A DNA stretch of 64,000 nt, from the NCBI GenBank assembly GCA_048267385.1, contig JBLWXO010000012.1, positions 44,283 through 108,282 of the forward strand, read 5' to 3'. The notes under the pieces are model-generated. The model searched no databases. It worked only from the letters and a program-made list of their open reading frames with translations, and was not told where the DNA came from. The stretch is from Neptunomonas sp. (lineage in GTDB: Bacteria; Pseudomonadota; Gammaproteobacteria; Pseudomonadales; Balneatricaceae). A program made the translations under genes and the position numbers. Below, in pieces: positions 48,156 to 58,322 of this stretch. Every line of letters begins with the position of its first letter. Position 1 is the first letter of the stretch.

Positions 48156-49031
48156 ATGCATGATTTAATACCTGAAGTTGAGTTTAGAACCACGGCACTG
48201 CCCAAAGTCGGCTTTGAAATTATCGATGTTGATCAACTTTATCATAAAGCAGCATCAGGCGTGCTAAACCATATAAACCAGCCTCATCGTATTAATTTTC
48301 ATAACCTTCTTATTTTTACTCAGGGTACAGGCAAACATTTTGTTGATTTCAGCACCTTCCCTGTCGAAAAGAATACGGTTATTTTAATCAATAAAGGCCA
48401 GGTACATGCATTCGATCTGGTCAACAAGCCTAAAGCAAAGTTGGTTATTTTTACTGACGATTATTTAGCTGAAGTCACAGCGGCAATCGATAGCAGAATA
48501 TTTGCACCAACGCATTTTTTGTCGTCTTATCAGCCAAACTTCTCCTTGCAGGCATCACAAACTGATTCACTCCTTGGACTCATCACACTCATCAATAATG
48601 AGTACCAAAACGCCGCTCCGAATAGCCAATATTTGAAAGTACTTTTCGCTGCTTTCTTAACAAAAATAAGTGAAGCAAGATCAGAAATTTACCATCCTCA
48701 AATGAGCTCAACCCACATTAAGTGTTTCGAACGTTTCATCCTGGATTTACAGCAACACTATACGCAAATACATGATGCTAACGATTACGCAGCACGCATT
48801 GGTACAAGCTATAAAACGCTCAATAAAATTTGTAAAGATGCCACCAATCGCACGGTCAAGCAGCTTATTGATGCCCATATTGTATTAGAAGCAAAAAGAC
48901 GTTTATCTATCGACAACGTTCAAGTACAACAAATTTCGTATAACCTAGGCTTTAATGAAGTCACTAATTTTGTAAAGTATTTCAAGAAGCACACATTAAT
49001 GACCCCAAGCCAATTTAAGAAATTAACCTAG
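48156..49031 (+). CDS. AraC-family transcriptional regulator
   Basis: PHRINF cupin N-domain and C-terminal LEAKRRL...LGFNEVTNFVKYFKK. Confidence 0.9.
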   Translation: MHDLIPEVEFRTTALPKVGFEIIDVDQLYHKAASGVLNHINQPHRINFHNLLIFTQGTGKHFVDFSTFPVEKNTVILINKGQVHAFDLVNKPKAKLVIFTDDYLAEVTAAIDSRIFAPTHFLSSYQPNFSLQASQTDSLLGLITLINNEYQNAAPNSQYLKVLFAAFLTKISEARSEIYHPQMSSTHIKCFERFILDLQQHYTQIHDANDYAARIGTSYKTLNKICKDATNRTVKQLIDAHIVLEAKRRLSIDNVQVQQISYNLGFNEVTNFVKYFKKHTLMTPSQFKKLT

Positions 49032-49149
49032 ACATAACCCGAAGACAAAATAATCGTTCGATATTCACCATTTTTTCACCTGTTTTAACCTGCCTGCAAC
49101 CCTCCTGGCTTCCTACAATGTTTCCAAATTAAACGGTCAGGAAAACATA

Positions 49150-50010
49150 ATGAAAACCACGTTAATCGCCACCGTACTGGCAGGTTCAGCACTGCTAAGT
49201 GCCTGCTCAAACTCAACCACTCAGGAGTCTGTAGTGAATTTTTCAAATAAAGAGAAAGCCATTGCCTTACTTAACGCCATTGAAACGGGTGATCAACAAG
49301 CTATCCAATACGTTAACAGCAATCAATATACGCAACACAACCTGGCCGTGGCGGACGGATTAGCGGGGTTCGGCGAAGTATTGCATGAACTCCCTGAAGG
49401 CAGTGCCAAAGTAAATGTAGTACGCGCATTTGAAGATGGTGATTATGTCTTTACCCATACCGATTACAACTTCTTCGGTCCGAAAGTTGGCTTTGATCTA
49501 TTCCGCTTTGAAAAGGGTTTAATCGTTGAGCACTGGGACAACTTGGCAGTCAAAACAGAACAAGCAAACCCCAGCGGCCGTAGCCAATTAGATGGCACAA
49601 CCACGATTACAGACATCGATAAAACGGCTACCAATAAAGCAATAGTATCGGACTTTCTTAACACCGTGTTGGTGAATGGTGAATATCAAAAAATGGCACA
49701 GTTTTTTGATGGTGATAACTACCTGCAACACAACACCGCCATTGCGGATGGATTATCCGGCTTAGGGCAAGCGATTGAGGCCATGGGTAAACAGGGCATT
49801 ACGATGGAATTTCATAAAGTACATAAGATCCTGGGTGAGGGTAACTTCGTGCTGGCAATTAGCGAAGGAGCATTTGCCGGTAAAGCGACCGCTTACTATG
49901 ATTTATTCCGTGTAGAAAATGGCAAAATTGCAGAACATTGGGATGTAATGGAAAGTATTATTCCGAAAGATCAATGGAAAAACACCAATGGTAAGTTTGG
50001 TAATCTTTAA
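49150..50010 (+). CDS. Lipoprotein with tandem SnoaL/NTF2-like domains
   Basis: Lipobox LSAC; duplicated YTQHN/YLQHN and VEHWD/AEHWD motifs. Confidence 0.85.
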   Translation: MKTTLIATVLAGSALLSACSNSTTQESVVNFSNKEKAIALLNAIETGDQQAIQYVNSNQYTQHNLAVADGLAGFGEVLHELPEGSAKVNVVRAFEDGDYVFTHTDYNFFGPKVGFDLFRFEKGLIVEHWDNLAVKTEQANPSGRSQLDGTTTITDIDKTATNKAIVSDFLNTVLVNGEYQKMAQFFDGDNYLQHNTAIADGLSGLGQAIEAMGKQGITMEFHKVHKILGEGNFVLAISEGAFAGKATAYYDLFRVENGKIAEHWDVMESIIPKDQWKNTNGKFGNL

Positions 50011-50014
50011 TATG

Positions 50015-50089
50015 TAAGCAAGATACGTATTCGGGATCAGATACACGGTTGTATTAGCAATAACTGTAATCTGATCTCGATCTTGCTTA
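50015..50089. other. Long interrupted hairpin (75 nt)
   Basis: TAAGCAAGAT/ATCTTGCTTA outer stem, CGGGATCAGAT/ATCTGATCTCG middle stem and an inner stem around TATT-AGC-AATA. Confidence 0.6.
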
Positions 50090-50305
50090 TTCCCCCAAAG
50101 ATAGAATTTTTATATCCTTTATAACCAAAATGCAGTCATTCATGTTAAATCAATATTAGTCCTGCGTCTCGGGCTCCGTATAATGCCGCCACTCATAGTG
50201 GAGTTAAGTTACCTACCCAGCACTGACTTCACCCTGTATTCGGCCTGCATTCCAAAAGATTAGCAGGTTTTTTCTGACTGTTTATCTGCATTCCGGGAGC
50301 CTAAG

Positions 50306-51637
50306 ATGAGAGCTAATCCGCTCGCTCTACTACCTCTATTATTATTTTTAACCCTGTTTATTGGCAGTGGTGTTTACTATCAATCAGTGAACACTGATTA
50401 CGCTTTTTATCAGATCTCTGCGCCGGTTGCGATTTTGCCTGCGATTGTTCTGGCATTACTGTTAAGTTGCGGCGACCTAAACAAACGTCTTGAAACCTTT
50501 ATCAAGGGTGTAGGTGACAACACTATCATCACGATGTGCCTTATCTATCTGTTGGCGGGTGCTTTTGCCAGCGTCGCTAAAGCAGTTGGTGGTGTGGATG
50601 CTACGGTAAATTTTGGCCTCAGTGTTATTCCATCTGAATGGGTGCTGCCAGGCTTATTTGTTATTACTGCTTTTATTGCCACCGCCATGGGCACATCTAT
50701 GGGCACTATCGCAGCAATGGCGCCCATCGCCGTAGGGCTTACTGAAGTCAGCGATCTGTCTTTACCTCTCTGTATCGGAGCTGTCGTCGGCGGTGCTATG
50801 TTTGGTGATAACTTGTCGATCATCTCTGATACAACAATTGCTGCAACCCGCTCGCAAGGCTGCGCTATGCGTGATAAGTTCCGTATGAACTTCAGGATCG
50901 CCGTACCTGCTGCGCTGGTTACACTTGTTTGGTTATATCTGCAGGGTGCGGATGTCAGCATTTCCCAAGCGGCGGATTATGAGCTGATCAAAGTGCTACC
51001 CTACCTCGCTGTGCTGACTTTGGCATTATCTGGTATGAACGTTCTACTGGTGCTCTTCAGTGGTACCGTGCTGGCAGGAGCAATCGGCCTGGCGACTCTG
51101 CCGGACTATGCTATCGCGCAATTTTCTAAAGATATCTATGCGGGCTACACCGGTATGCAGGAGATCATGATTCTGTCAATGCTGATCGGAGGGCTGGGAG
51201 CCTTGATGAAAGCACAGGGAGGACTGGAGTTTCTGGCACAGCAGATTGAACGTCTAACCACTAGTGGCGATAACAAGGCATCCAATACCCGCGCGGGCGA
51301 AGCGGCCATCAGTGCTGCTGTCGCACTAACCAACGTCTGTACTGCAAATAATACCGTCGCCATTATTATTTGCGGCGGCTTGGCAAAAGATATTGCCCAG
51401 CGCCAAAATGTTGATCCCCGTCGCAGTGCCTGCCTGCTAGATATCTTCTCCTGTGTTGTACAGGGGCTGCTGCCCTATGGCGCTCAGGTATTGCTGGCCG
51501 GATCCATCGCCGGATTATCACCGTTGATCATAATTGCTAATATTCACTACAGCTGGTTGTTGGGGTTGGTAGCACTTGGCACGATCATCGTCAGATCCAG
51601 AGGACAACAAGCCGGACGTGCTGCAGTAACAGGATAA
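50306..51637 (+). CDS. NhaC-family Na+/H+ antiporter-like (amino-acid/cation) transporter
   Basis: AMGTSMGTIA, GAMFGDNLSIISDTTIAATRSQG and PYGAQ motifs. Confidence 0.88.
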   Translation: MRANPLALLPLLLFLTLFIGSGVYYQSVNTDYAFYQISAPVAILPAIVLALLLSCGDLNKRLETFIKGVGDNTIITMCLIYLLAGAFASVAKAVGGVDATVNFGLSVIPSEWVLPGLFVITAFIATAMGTSMGTIAAMAPIAVGLTEVSDLSLPLCIGAVVGGAMFGDNLSIISDTTIAATRSQGCAMRDKFRMNFRIAVPAALVTLVWLYLQGADVSISQAADYELIKVLPYLAVLTLALSGMNVLLVLFSGTVLAGAIGLATLPDYAIAQFSKDIYAGYTGMQEIMILSMLIGGLGALMKAQGGLEFLAQQIERLTTSGDNKASNTRAGEAAISAAVALTNVCTANNTVAIIICGGLAKDIAQRQNVDPRRSACLLDIFSCVVQGLLPYGAQVLLAGSIAGLSPLIIIANIHYSWLLGLVALGTIIVRSRGQQAGRAAVTG

Positions 51638-51644
51638 GCCCCTG

Positions 51645-52163
51645 TTATGATAGTGGGTAAGGGAGTAGATATTCGTAAAAAACGACCTCTCCTTTACCTC
51701 CTGACTGTTCAACAAAACCGAGCTTTAATAATAACGTAGAGGACACCTGATTCCGCCGGTCAACACCACCTATTAATTTAATCCACCCCTCTGTTTTAGC
51801 CACATGTTCAATAAAGCCTCGTAGTAGCTCGCTAGCTAAACCTTGCCCCCAATAAGCTTCACCAAGCAGGTAACCAATATGAGCGTCATGGCCATCTCCA
51901 ACGTAAGCAAATACAAAACCGATAATTGAATCGACATGCCTCTGCTTAACTACAAACAAGCGACTTTCAGATACCATTCGCTCAAACCAGACAAGTGCAT
52001 CTACTTGAGATTTAATGCCGTGAAAATATGCTGGCAGATTCTCAACCACTTCAGGTGTCAGTAATTCAGGCACACGAGTTAACAGATTTGATAGTGCTGG
52101 CCGAGCTGCCTCCCTCGAAATTTCAGACACACTCAATCTTGAGGTTGTAAAAGATAAAGCCAT
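51645..52163 (-). CDS. GNAT N-acetyltransferase (RimJ/RimL-like)
   Basis: HIGYLLGEAYWGQGLASELL and N..S..LLLKLGF motifs. Confidence 0.85.
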   Translation of the reverse strand: MALSFTTSRLSVSEISREAARPALSNLLTRVPELLTPEVVENLPAYFHGIKSQVDALVWFERMVSESRLFVVKQRHVDSIIGFVFAYVGDGHDAHIGYLLGEAYWGQGLASELLRGFIEHVAKTEGWIKLIGGVDRRNQVSSTLLLKLGFVEQSGGKGEVVFYEYLLPYPLS

Positions 52164-52426
52164 ACTTAACTATCCGTTTCGGAGAATGTTGTTATAAATC
52201 ATATTTTGCTCTGCAAACCGGATGCCCTCTGTACTTTAGCACGCTTACCGTTACCCACTAGAAATGACACAACCGTATCGAAACTATCAGCTTAGCGAAT
52301 CAGATTCACGATATGAAAAGAAATGGCGGCTCCGCTCAATACAAGAACTCATTACGTTAACAGCCCGGCCAACTTCAGTACTATAAAGTGAAAGGGTTTT
52401 TAGAACGATAAAGCAGCGATACTGCA

Positions 52427-53008
52427 TTATTTATACTCAATGTTATCACCTGATATTCTAATGATTTTTTCATTAACCAATTGATTAACATGGTTTTGTA
52501 TTGCGGTTTCATGTCCTTTAATGCCCATATGAGCAGCAATGCAGTTGCGAAGACTGGTAACTTTTTTTGGTCGCTTGTCTCTTTGCGTAGCGGTTATAAA
52601 TGATATAAGTTTACTCTTTTGGCTGGGAACCGAAGCCACTTTTACATACTGGCTTTTTACACTGGGCGCCGCCGCCACTTTTACTTGCTTACACGCTCTA
52701 CCGTTGGCTTTGATATGCGCAATGAGGGGAGAAAAACCTTTATCGTTGCTGATAATATCAAAGCTAACATCAGCAGGAATATCACCGTCATATTTTCCAA
52801 GGTAATAGGAAAGATGAAAGTCCAAATTATTGGATTGAGTCGCTTTCAGTTGAACCAGAACAAGTGCTATCGGGGAATCGTACTTTTTGTCTCCGAGATC
52901 GATTTTCGGCTGTTTTGCCCCAATAAACAGAACCACTTTACTGTAAATCGAAAGATCGACTTTGCTCAAACATCCGATGTTTTCATAATCAATAAATGCC
53001 CACTTCAC
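52427..53008 (-). CDS. PIN/NYN-like domain protein
   Basis: AFIDYENI and NNLDFHLSYYLG acidic motifs, a short C-terminal helical domain, and a GTG start with GGAGG RBS. Confidence 0.75.
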   Translation of the reverse strand: MKWAFIDYENIGCLSKVDLSIYSKVVLFIGAKQPKIDLGDKKYDSPIALVLVQLKATQSNNLDFHLSYYLGKYDGDIPADVSFDIISNDKGFSPLIAHIKANGRACKQVKVAAAPSVKSQYVKVASVPSQKSKLISFITATQRDKRPKKVTSLRNCIAAHMGIKGHETAIQNHVNQLVNEKIIRISGDNIEYK

Positions 53009-53313
53009 GGTGAGACCTCCTTGTATCTGTAATAAGCTAACTACGCTTCATGCTCATGAACCAGGCGAACCTTGATCCGATGGCCAAGCCTGGATTTGTT
53101 CACGAAATCCAGGCTCATCCCTAAGCCTACTCTATTACCATCAGAGTCAAAAATATTTATCGTGGAGCCTCAGTTACTCATGTTAGCCGAAAATCATACT
53201 CGCCCTTTTCAAACATCACAGATAAATCGAATAGCTATCGATAGGATAGCAACGCAAGCTTCATAAAATTTAAACAAAAAGTTCAACCTCAAGGCACTTA
53301 ATCAGTCGATTTT

Positions 53314-54321
53314 TCAATTAAGTGCGCTCAAAAGATAACTTCCTATTTTTATTCCTAGCGTGTCATGAAACGCATTGCGGTCAAACTCCTCGGGGTCTTG
53401 CGCAACAGTGCCAAGATTCTTTTTCATATTATCTGGAAACGGCGTTATGAACGAATAGTGACCTGCATTTTCGATTGTTTGATAAGTAAGCAACTTCTGG
53501 TTTTTAAAATGACTGGCTATAAGCTCTGAATGGTAAGGCTCCGTTAATTCATTATCTTTCTCAGCCCTAAGAAGTAGCGTTGGAACAGTCACGCTAGCCA
53601 AGGCGTCTTCCGAATTAAACAACATACCCAACGGAGCCAAAAGCACAATTGCTTTAACACGTGCGTCAGGTTTGTTTTGGATTTCCACTGCCTCCATTTG
53701 ATTATCTTTTACCAAGCCACAAAATGGCTCATTCAATCGAAGGTTGTTTTTACACAGCTCAATAATAGCACCCGTATTTGCTACACCTCCGGCGATTGCG
53801 ACCGCGGTATATCCACCAATAGAATGCCCTATGACCGCAATTTTATTAGAGTCTATGCTCGCAGAGAACTCTGGCGTAGACAGCAAGGCATCGAGGGAAG
53901 ATTGGATATGCAAAGGCCGGTTAATGTAATTCCTAAGAGTACCCTGGGCAGAATTATCTTTATAATTATTTTCCGGATGCAATGGCATACCAACAATAAA
54001 GCCCTGTTTAACGAGTGCGAATGCGATACTTCTGTGCCCTAAATTGGATCCACCTGATCCATGAGAAATAATCACTAATGGAAAAGTCCCCTCAGCGATT
54101 TTTCCACCTATCGAGAGTTCCATTTCAAACGGCCCAAACCTAACATGCTCAGCGGGTATATGGGTTGGATAGACAACCGCCATAGGGAAACTTGACTGCG
54201 TTTCTTTTGAAGCTACTTCAACTTTTGTAAAACCTATCGAGAACTCTGATCCGGCAAACACGGGTAAAAAATTCGAGAATAATAACGTGAATAATATGAC
54301 TTTGAATTTGAACATGGACAT
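53314..54321 (-). CDS. Secreted alpha/beta hydrolase (dienelactone-hydrolase-like)
   Basis: Signal peptide; ISHGSGG, GHSIGG nucleophile elbow and AGHYSF. Confidence 0.85.
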   Translation of the reverse strand: MSMFKFKVILFTLLFSNFLPVFAGSEFSIGFTKVEVASKETQSSFPMAVVYPTHIPAEHVRFGPFEMELSIGGKIAEGTFPLVIISHGSGGSNLGHRSIAFALVKQGFIVGMPLHPENNYKDNSAQGTLRNYINRPLHIQSSLDALLSTPEFSASIDSNKIAVIGHSIGGYTAVAIAGGVANTGAIIELCKNNLRLNEPFCGLVKDNQMEAVEIQNKPDARVKAIVLLAPLGMLFNSEDALASVTVPTLLLRAEKDNELTEPYHSELIASHFKNQKLLTYQTIENAGHYSFITPFPDNMKKNLGTVAQDPEEFDRNAFHDTLGIKIGSYLLSALN

Positions 54322-54468
54322 TCTCTCAATTTAGACATAATGCGGGGTTTCATGTAATGATGTAACCACTTCAAGTGGCTTGGCAGGCTTATGCCTACAG
54401 TTAGAAACGAATAATCAACTCAGGTAACGAAATCCCACTGATACTAGCAAACCAAATTTGCCTTGTAT

Positions 54469-54684
54469 TTATAGCGAATGCTGATTTAAATTAGTAAACC
54501 CTATATTCCTACCAACGGGAACTCAACCCTCTTCGAGACGCTGTTCGTGAATGAGGTCCGCTACTTTATAGCCATCAACCATAGTAAAGTTCGGAAATCG
54601 TGATGTGATAGGGACAAGTGGAGCGCAGTCATCCTGTGCCTTCTTTAACTCCGTGGCAATTTTCTTGATAGCTACCTCTTGCAT
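54469..54684 (-). pseudogene. 5' relic of a 2-keto-4-pentenoate hydratase (FAH-family) gene
   Basis: MQEVAIKKIATELKKAQDDCAPLVPITSRFPNFTMVDGYKVADLIHEQRLEEG*VPVGRNIGFTN: in-frame TGA at 54523-54525 just before the GR(K)IGFTN motif, then truncated. GGAGG RBS is retained. Confidence 0.65.
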
Positions 54685-54726
54685 TGGATCCCTCCATATT
54701 GTTTAAAAGCCTAATGGGGCTGTATT

Positions 54727-55446
54727 TTAAACATTGTAAATTACAGGCATTTGGCCCTTCCATTTATTCCAGGTTTCGTCGTTAACGATCAACTCAGACA
54801 TAAAATGAGCAACATTGATTCGACTCGTTTTACCGGCATCAAATATAGCGCTGCGAACGGGTGATGTATAGGCATGATATTCCGTGACTGATTCTTGATC
54901 GATAAGACTATCGGGACGTACAGCAACCCACTCAATCATCTTTTGGTTAGCGCCCACGTTCACTTGCAAATACTCTGCTGCCTGCTCGTTGTCGGCATGC
55001 GGGGGCAGTAAAAATCTGATCAAGCCAACCATGATAGATTGTGCAGCCGACACCTTTTCAGCCGCTTGTTTATTCTGGTTTCCGCTGGTGTTCATTAAGA
55101 TGAATTTTACAGGCACCGCTGGCGTGGTTTTCTCAATGGCACTGCATAAACGTTGAACTGCATCAGTGACTAAACGTTTGGGGTGACCGAATACCCCTTT
55201 AAAGGTCAAATTGTGGCCGAGGCATGAAACAACGACGCTACACCCTTGCACTTGCTCTTTTAGCTCCTCATCCGTCATACCCAATAAACTGGACTCAGTA
55301 ATCATTAGTTGATCATTATGTCGTAAGGTTTTCGGTAAACCATCAATAGAGCGAACGATCATTTTAACCTTTCCTCCTTGGGCTAATAACTGCTCGACCA
55401 ACAACCGGCCAGTTGCTCCAGTGGCCCCGACAATGAGAGTAGTCAT
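54727..55446 (-). CDS. NAD(P)-binding atypical SDR/epimerase
   Basis: IVGATGATG, WVAVRPD and RINVAHF motifs. Confidence 0.85.
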   Translation of the reverse strand: MTTLIVGATGATGRLLVEQLLAQGGKVKMIVRSIDGLPKTLRHNDQLMITESSLLGMTDEELKEQVQGCSVVVSCLGHNLTFKGVFGHPKRLVTDAVQRLCSAIEKTTPAVPVKFILMNTSGNQNKQAAEKVSAAQSIMVGLIRFLLPPHADNEQAAEYLQVNVGANQKMIEWVAVRPDSLIDQESVTEYHAYTSPVRSAIFDAGKTSRINVAHFMSELIVNDETWNKWKGQMPVIYNV

Positions 55447-55544
55447 ATTACTGTTCTCCACATATCACTTTATTGGCCACCACTATACCTATACGATTAT
55501 TGGATATATATTCAGGTTTTAGCATAGTAGGTATACGTATTCGC

Positions 55545-56447
55545 ATGAATTGGAACGCTGTAAATTTTGATTGGAATCACACCCGCGCATTTTTAGTGAC
55601 CGCGGAAGAAGGCACTTTATCGGCTGCAGCAAAGGCATTAGGTTTAACGCAGCCTACCTTAAGCCGCCAAGTGTCAGCACTTGAAGCAGATCTCGGTCTC
55701 ACGTTATTTGAGCGGGTTGGTCAGCGGCTAGTGTTAACTGAGAGTGGGATAGAGTTACTAGAACATGCTCGCCAAATGGGTGATGCTGCCTTGCAGTTTT
55801 CACTAGCTGCGTCAGGGCAATCGCAACAGCTGGAAGGCTCGGTCATTGTTTCTGCCGGTGAGCTAGATGCAACTGTCCGATTACCAAAAATTATTGCCAA
55901 ATTACGCCGCGATGAGCCTGGTATTGATATAGAAGTAATTGTGACCAATGCAGCCAGCGATCTCAAACGACGTGAGGCAGATATTGCTATTCGAAGCTTT
56001 CGTCCGACACAAAATGACCTGATCGCTACAAAACTCGGAGAGGAAGTGATATGGCTCTACGGGACTGAAGACTACTTAAAACGGTTTCCCCCCGTCAACG
56101 ATTTTTCAGAACTCAGCGATATCCAAATCATTGCCTTTGACCGAAGTAACAGGGTCTCGGAGATACTCAATCAACAAGGCTGGAGGCTCTCAAAAGATAA
56201 TTTTCAATTGATTACTTCATTTCAGCTATTACAGCTTGAGCTTTGCAAGGAAGGCACGGGGGTGATCTTTTTCCCTGAAGACATGGGAGACAAAGAAACC
56301 AATCTCGTTCGTGCATTCGGACATATGGGGCCAATAATGAAATTACCCATTTGGCTGGTATGCCATCAAGAACTGCGAACCAGCCTTAGGGTTCGCCGAG
56401 TCTTTGATTTTATAGCGGACGAATATAGAAAGATTTTAGACCAATAA
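55545..56447 (+). CDS. LysR-family regulator
   Basis: FDWNHTRAFL...LSAAAKALGLTQPTLSRQV and EADIAIR. Confidence 0.92.
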   Translation: MNWNAVNFDWNHTRAFLVTAEEGTLSAAAKALGLTQPTLSRQVSALEADLGLTLFERVGQRLVLTESGIELLEHARQMGDAALQFSLAASGQSQQLEGSVIVSAGELDATVRLPKIIAKLRRDEPGIDIEVIVTNAASDLKRREADIAIRSFRPTQNDLIATKLGEEVIWLYGTEDYLKRFPPVNDFSELSDIQIIAFDRSNRVSEILNQQGWRLSKDNFQLITSFQLLQLELCKEGTGVIFFPEDMGDKETNLVRAFGHMGPIMKLPIWLVCHQELRTSLRVRRVFDFIADEYRKILDQ

Positions 56448-56520
56448 ACAAAGTGATTATGCTGAACCACAATCGCCCTATTTTTTATGGATACTTCTAC
56501 CATGATAGGTAAGGAGATAA

Positions 56521-56892
56521 TTATTGCTTTTTCAGCTGCAAATAACTCATTACTGACAGCAAAGTGAAAAATGCAGGATCACTCCAACCCAAACCAACAA
56601 AGATGCCTGTTACGCTTGCGTACAAAGTAATCACAGCACCCAGCACATTAGTAATGAGTAAAGCATAGAACAACTTCGTAGCCAGTTGCCCTGCGTGAAT
56701 ATCTCTTAGTTGGTAACTGATTACCCCAATCCCACCAAGAAAAATGCTGGTATGCTGCGACAAGAAAAAAGCATATTTATCATTCAACTCCACACCATAG
56801 ATTGGCCAGACTGTTTGCGGCACAAAAAACAGGGCTAAAGCAAACACAACATAGATTGCACTGTGTGTGGTTAGAAATGTTTTATTGTTCAT
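56521..56892 (-). CDS. Four-TM membrane protein
   Basis: Four hydrophobic segments; co-oriented downstream of the YdhR-like gene. Confidence 0.7.
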   Translation of the reverse strand: MNNKTFLTTHSAIYVVFALALFFVPQTVWPIYGVELNDKYAFFLSQHTSIFLGGIGVISYQLRDIHAGQLATKLFYALLITNVLGAVITLYASVTGIFVGLGWSDPAFFTLLSVMSYLQLKKQ

Positions 56893-56910
56893 TATTTATC
56901 GACTCCATAA

Positions 56911-57237
56911 TCAAGTTTTAGTGACGGGATTTTTATTAATCGGCCCTTTATTGATGCTTGATAAAGAGGTATTCACATCAAAAACTTGCCCTCTCACCTC
57001 AGGCACGCCCATCTCTTTTAAGCGTGCAGTATGCATTGCTAAATAAGCTTTGGCAGAAGCGCTATCTTCAAAAAGATAAATGCCACCGCCTAATTGGTCT
57101 TGCTCACTTTCAGTCCAGATTTTCCAAATCATGCCCGGTTCATTGTTAATAGACTCTGCCAGACTAACCAGCATGCCCGCCATTTCCTCACCAAACGGGC
57201 CTGTGTAATCAAAATCTACTTGCAGTAATGTGTTCAT
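56911..57237 (-). CDS. YdhR-like putative monooxygenase
   Basis: [24 protein letters not shown] and YLAMHTARL motifs. Confidence 0.85.
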   Translation of the reverse strand: MNTLLQVDFDYTGPFGEEMAGMLVSLAESINNEPGMIWKIWTESEQDQLGGGIYLFEDSASAKAYLAMHTARLKEMGVPEVRGQVFDVNTSLSSINKGPINKNPVTKT

Positions 57238-57385
57238 CGCCTTCTCCAGTTATTTCATCTACTCCAACCCTGAATAAGCAAGCCGTATGCATTGCCTTTC
57301 AAATTGGATATATTCTCTATAATATCTGAATAAATTAGACATAAAAGTTCATAAAATTGCACTTTATTGTGGATTAATTAGACAT

Positions 57386-58273
57386 ATGAGACTTAAGACA
57401 ACGCTAGAGCAATGGTTAACTCTATTTGAAATAGATAGAGCTGGCAGTATTCAAGCCGCAGCAACACAGATGAATAAAAGCCATACCACGTTGATTTATG
57501 CGATAAAAAAGCTAGAGGACCAGCTTGATGTTTCTCTTGTAGAGATTAAAGGGCGTCGGGCTGTACTAACTGACAATGGAAAGTCGTTATTGCGCAGAGC
57601 TCAATCTATGATCGAGCAAGCAAAAACACTGGAAGAGATCAGCACTCAGTTGTCACAAGGTGTTGAATCAGAGCTGGTTATTGCTATTGATCACTTGTGT
57701 GATCGAAGGTGGCTATACGAGCCTTTGGTTAAATTTCTTATACAAAATAATACGACATCCATCCAAGTAGTCGAAACATCACTCTCGAAAACAGTCAGCA
57801 TGGTTATGGAAGAGAGCGCTGATATTTCGATTATTAACCTCCCTATTACTAATCACCCTAGTGAAGCCTTTGGCATTGTTAGCATGTTGCCGGTGGTGGT
57901 TAACACTCACTCATTAGCAAGCATGCAGGAGCCTTGTTTGGCTGATTTGGCTATGAATAGACAAATCGTGGTTCGGGATTTAGGTGAGTCAGACACTAGA
58001 GATGTAGGATGGCTCAAATCAAACCAACGAGTAACCGTAGATAATTTTGATCATGCCTGGCAAGCGACCAAGCTAGGATTAGGTTATTGCCGTTTACCAA
58101 AACATATTATTGAAAATCATAACGATCCAGAGATGCTCATCCTTAATGTTGAGCACTCAAGTTGTTATCAGGTTCCACTACACCTCACTTTACCTAAAGG
58201 CACAAAAACCGGACCTGCGGCTAAGCGCTTATATAAAATGCTACTAACATCAATAAAGGAGAGATCACTCTAG
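57386..58273 (+). CDS. LysR-family regulator
   Basis: TTLEQW...GSIQAAA...LIYAIKKLE HTH. Confidence 0.9.
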   Translation: MRLKTTLEQWLTLFEIDRAGSIQAAATQMNKSHTTLIYAIKKLEDQLDVSLVEIKGRRAVLTDNGKSLLRRAQSMIEQAKTLEEISTQLSQGVESELVIAIDHLCDRRWLYEPLVKFLIQNNTTSIQVVETSLSKTVSMVMEESADISIINLPITNHPSEAFGIVSMLPVVVNTHSLASMQEPCLADLAMNRQIVVRDLGESDTRDVGWLKSNQRVTVDNFDHAWQATKLGLGYCRLPKHIIENHNDPEMLILNVEHSSCYQVPLHLTLPKGTKTGPAAKRLYKMLLTSIKERSL

Positions 58274-58322
58274 TCGCAATTCAAGCCCCCTCATGATGAT
58301 TGTTTTTTTAAGCAGCTCAGCC

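Noticed and set aside
52161-52200. attC-like ends (TATAAC...GTTAAGT) just before the GNAT start
   Set aside because: The span is only about 34 nt, too short for an attC. No repeated sites lie between neighbouring genes and there is no integron integrase.
53110-53200. Possible glyoxalase/VOC C-terminal relic on the minus strand (*GSTINIFDSDGNRVGL) next to an 11-bp hairpin at 53087-53115
   Set aside because: The match is too short and interrupted by stops to support without a database search.
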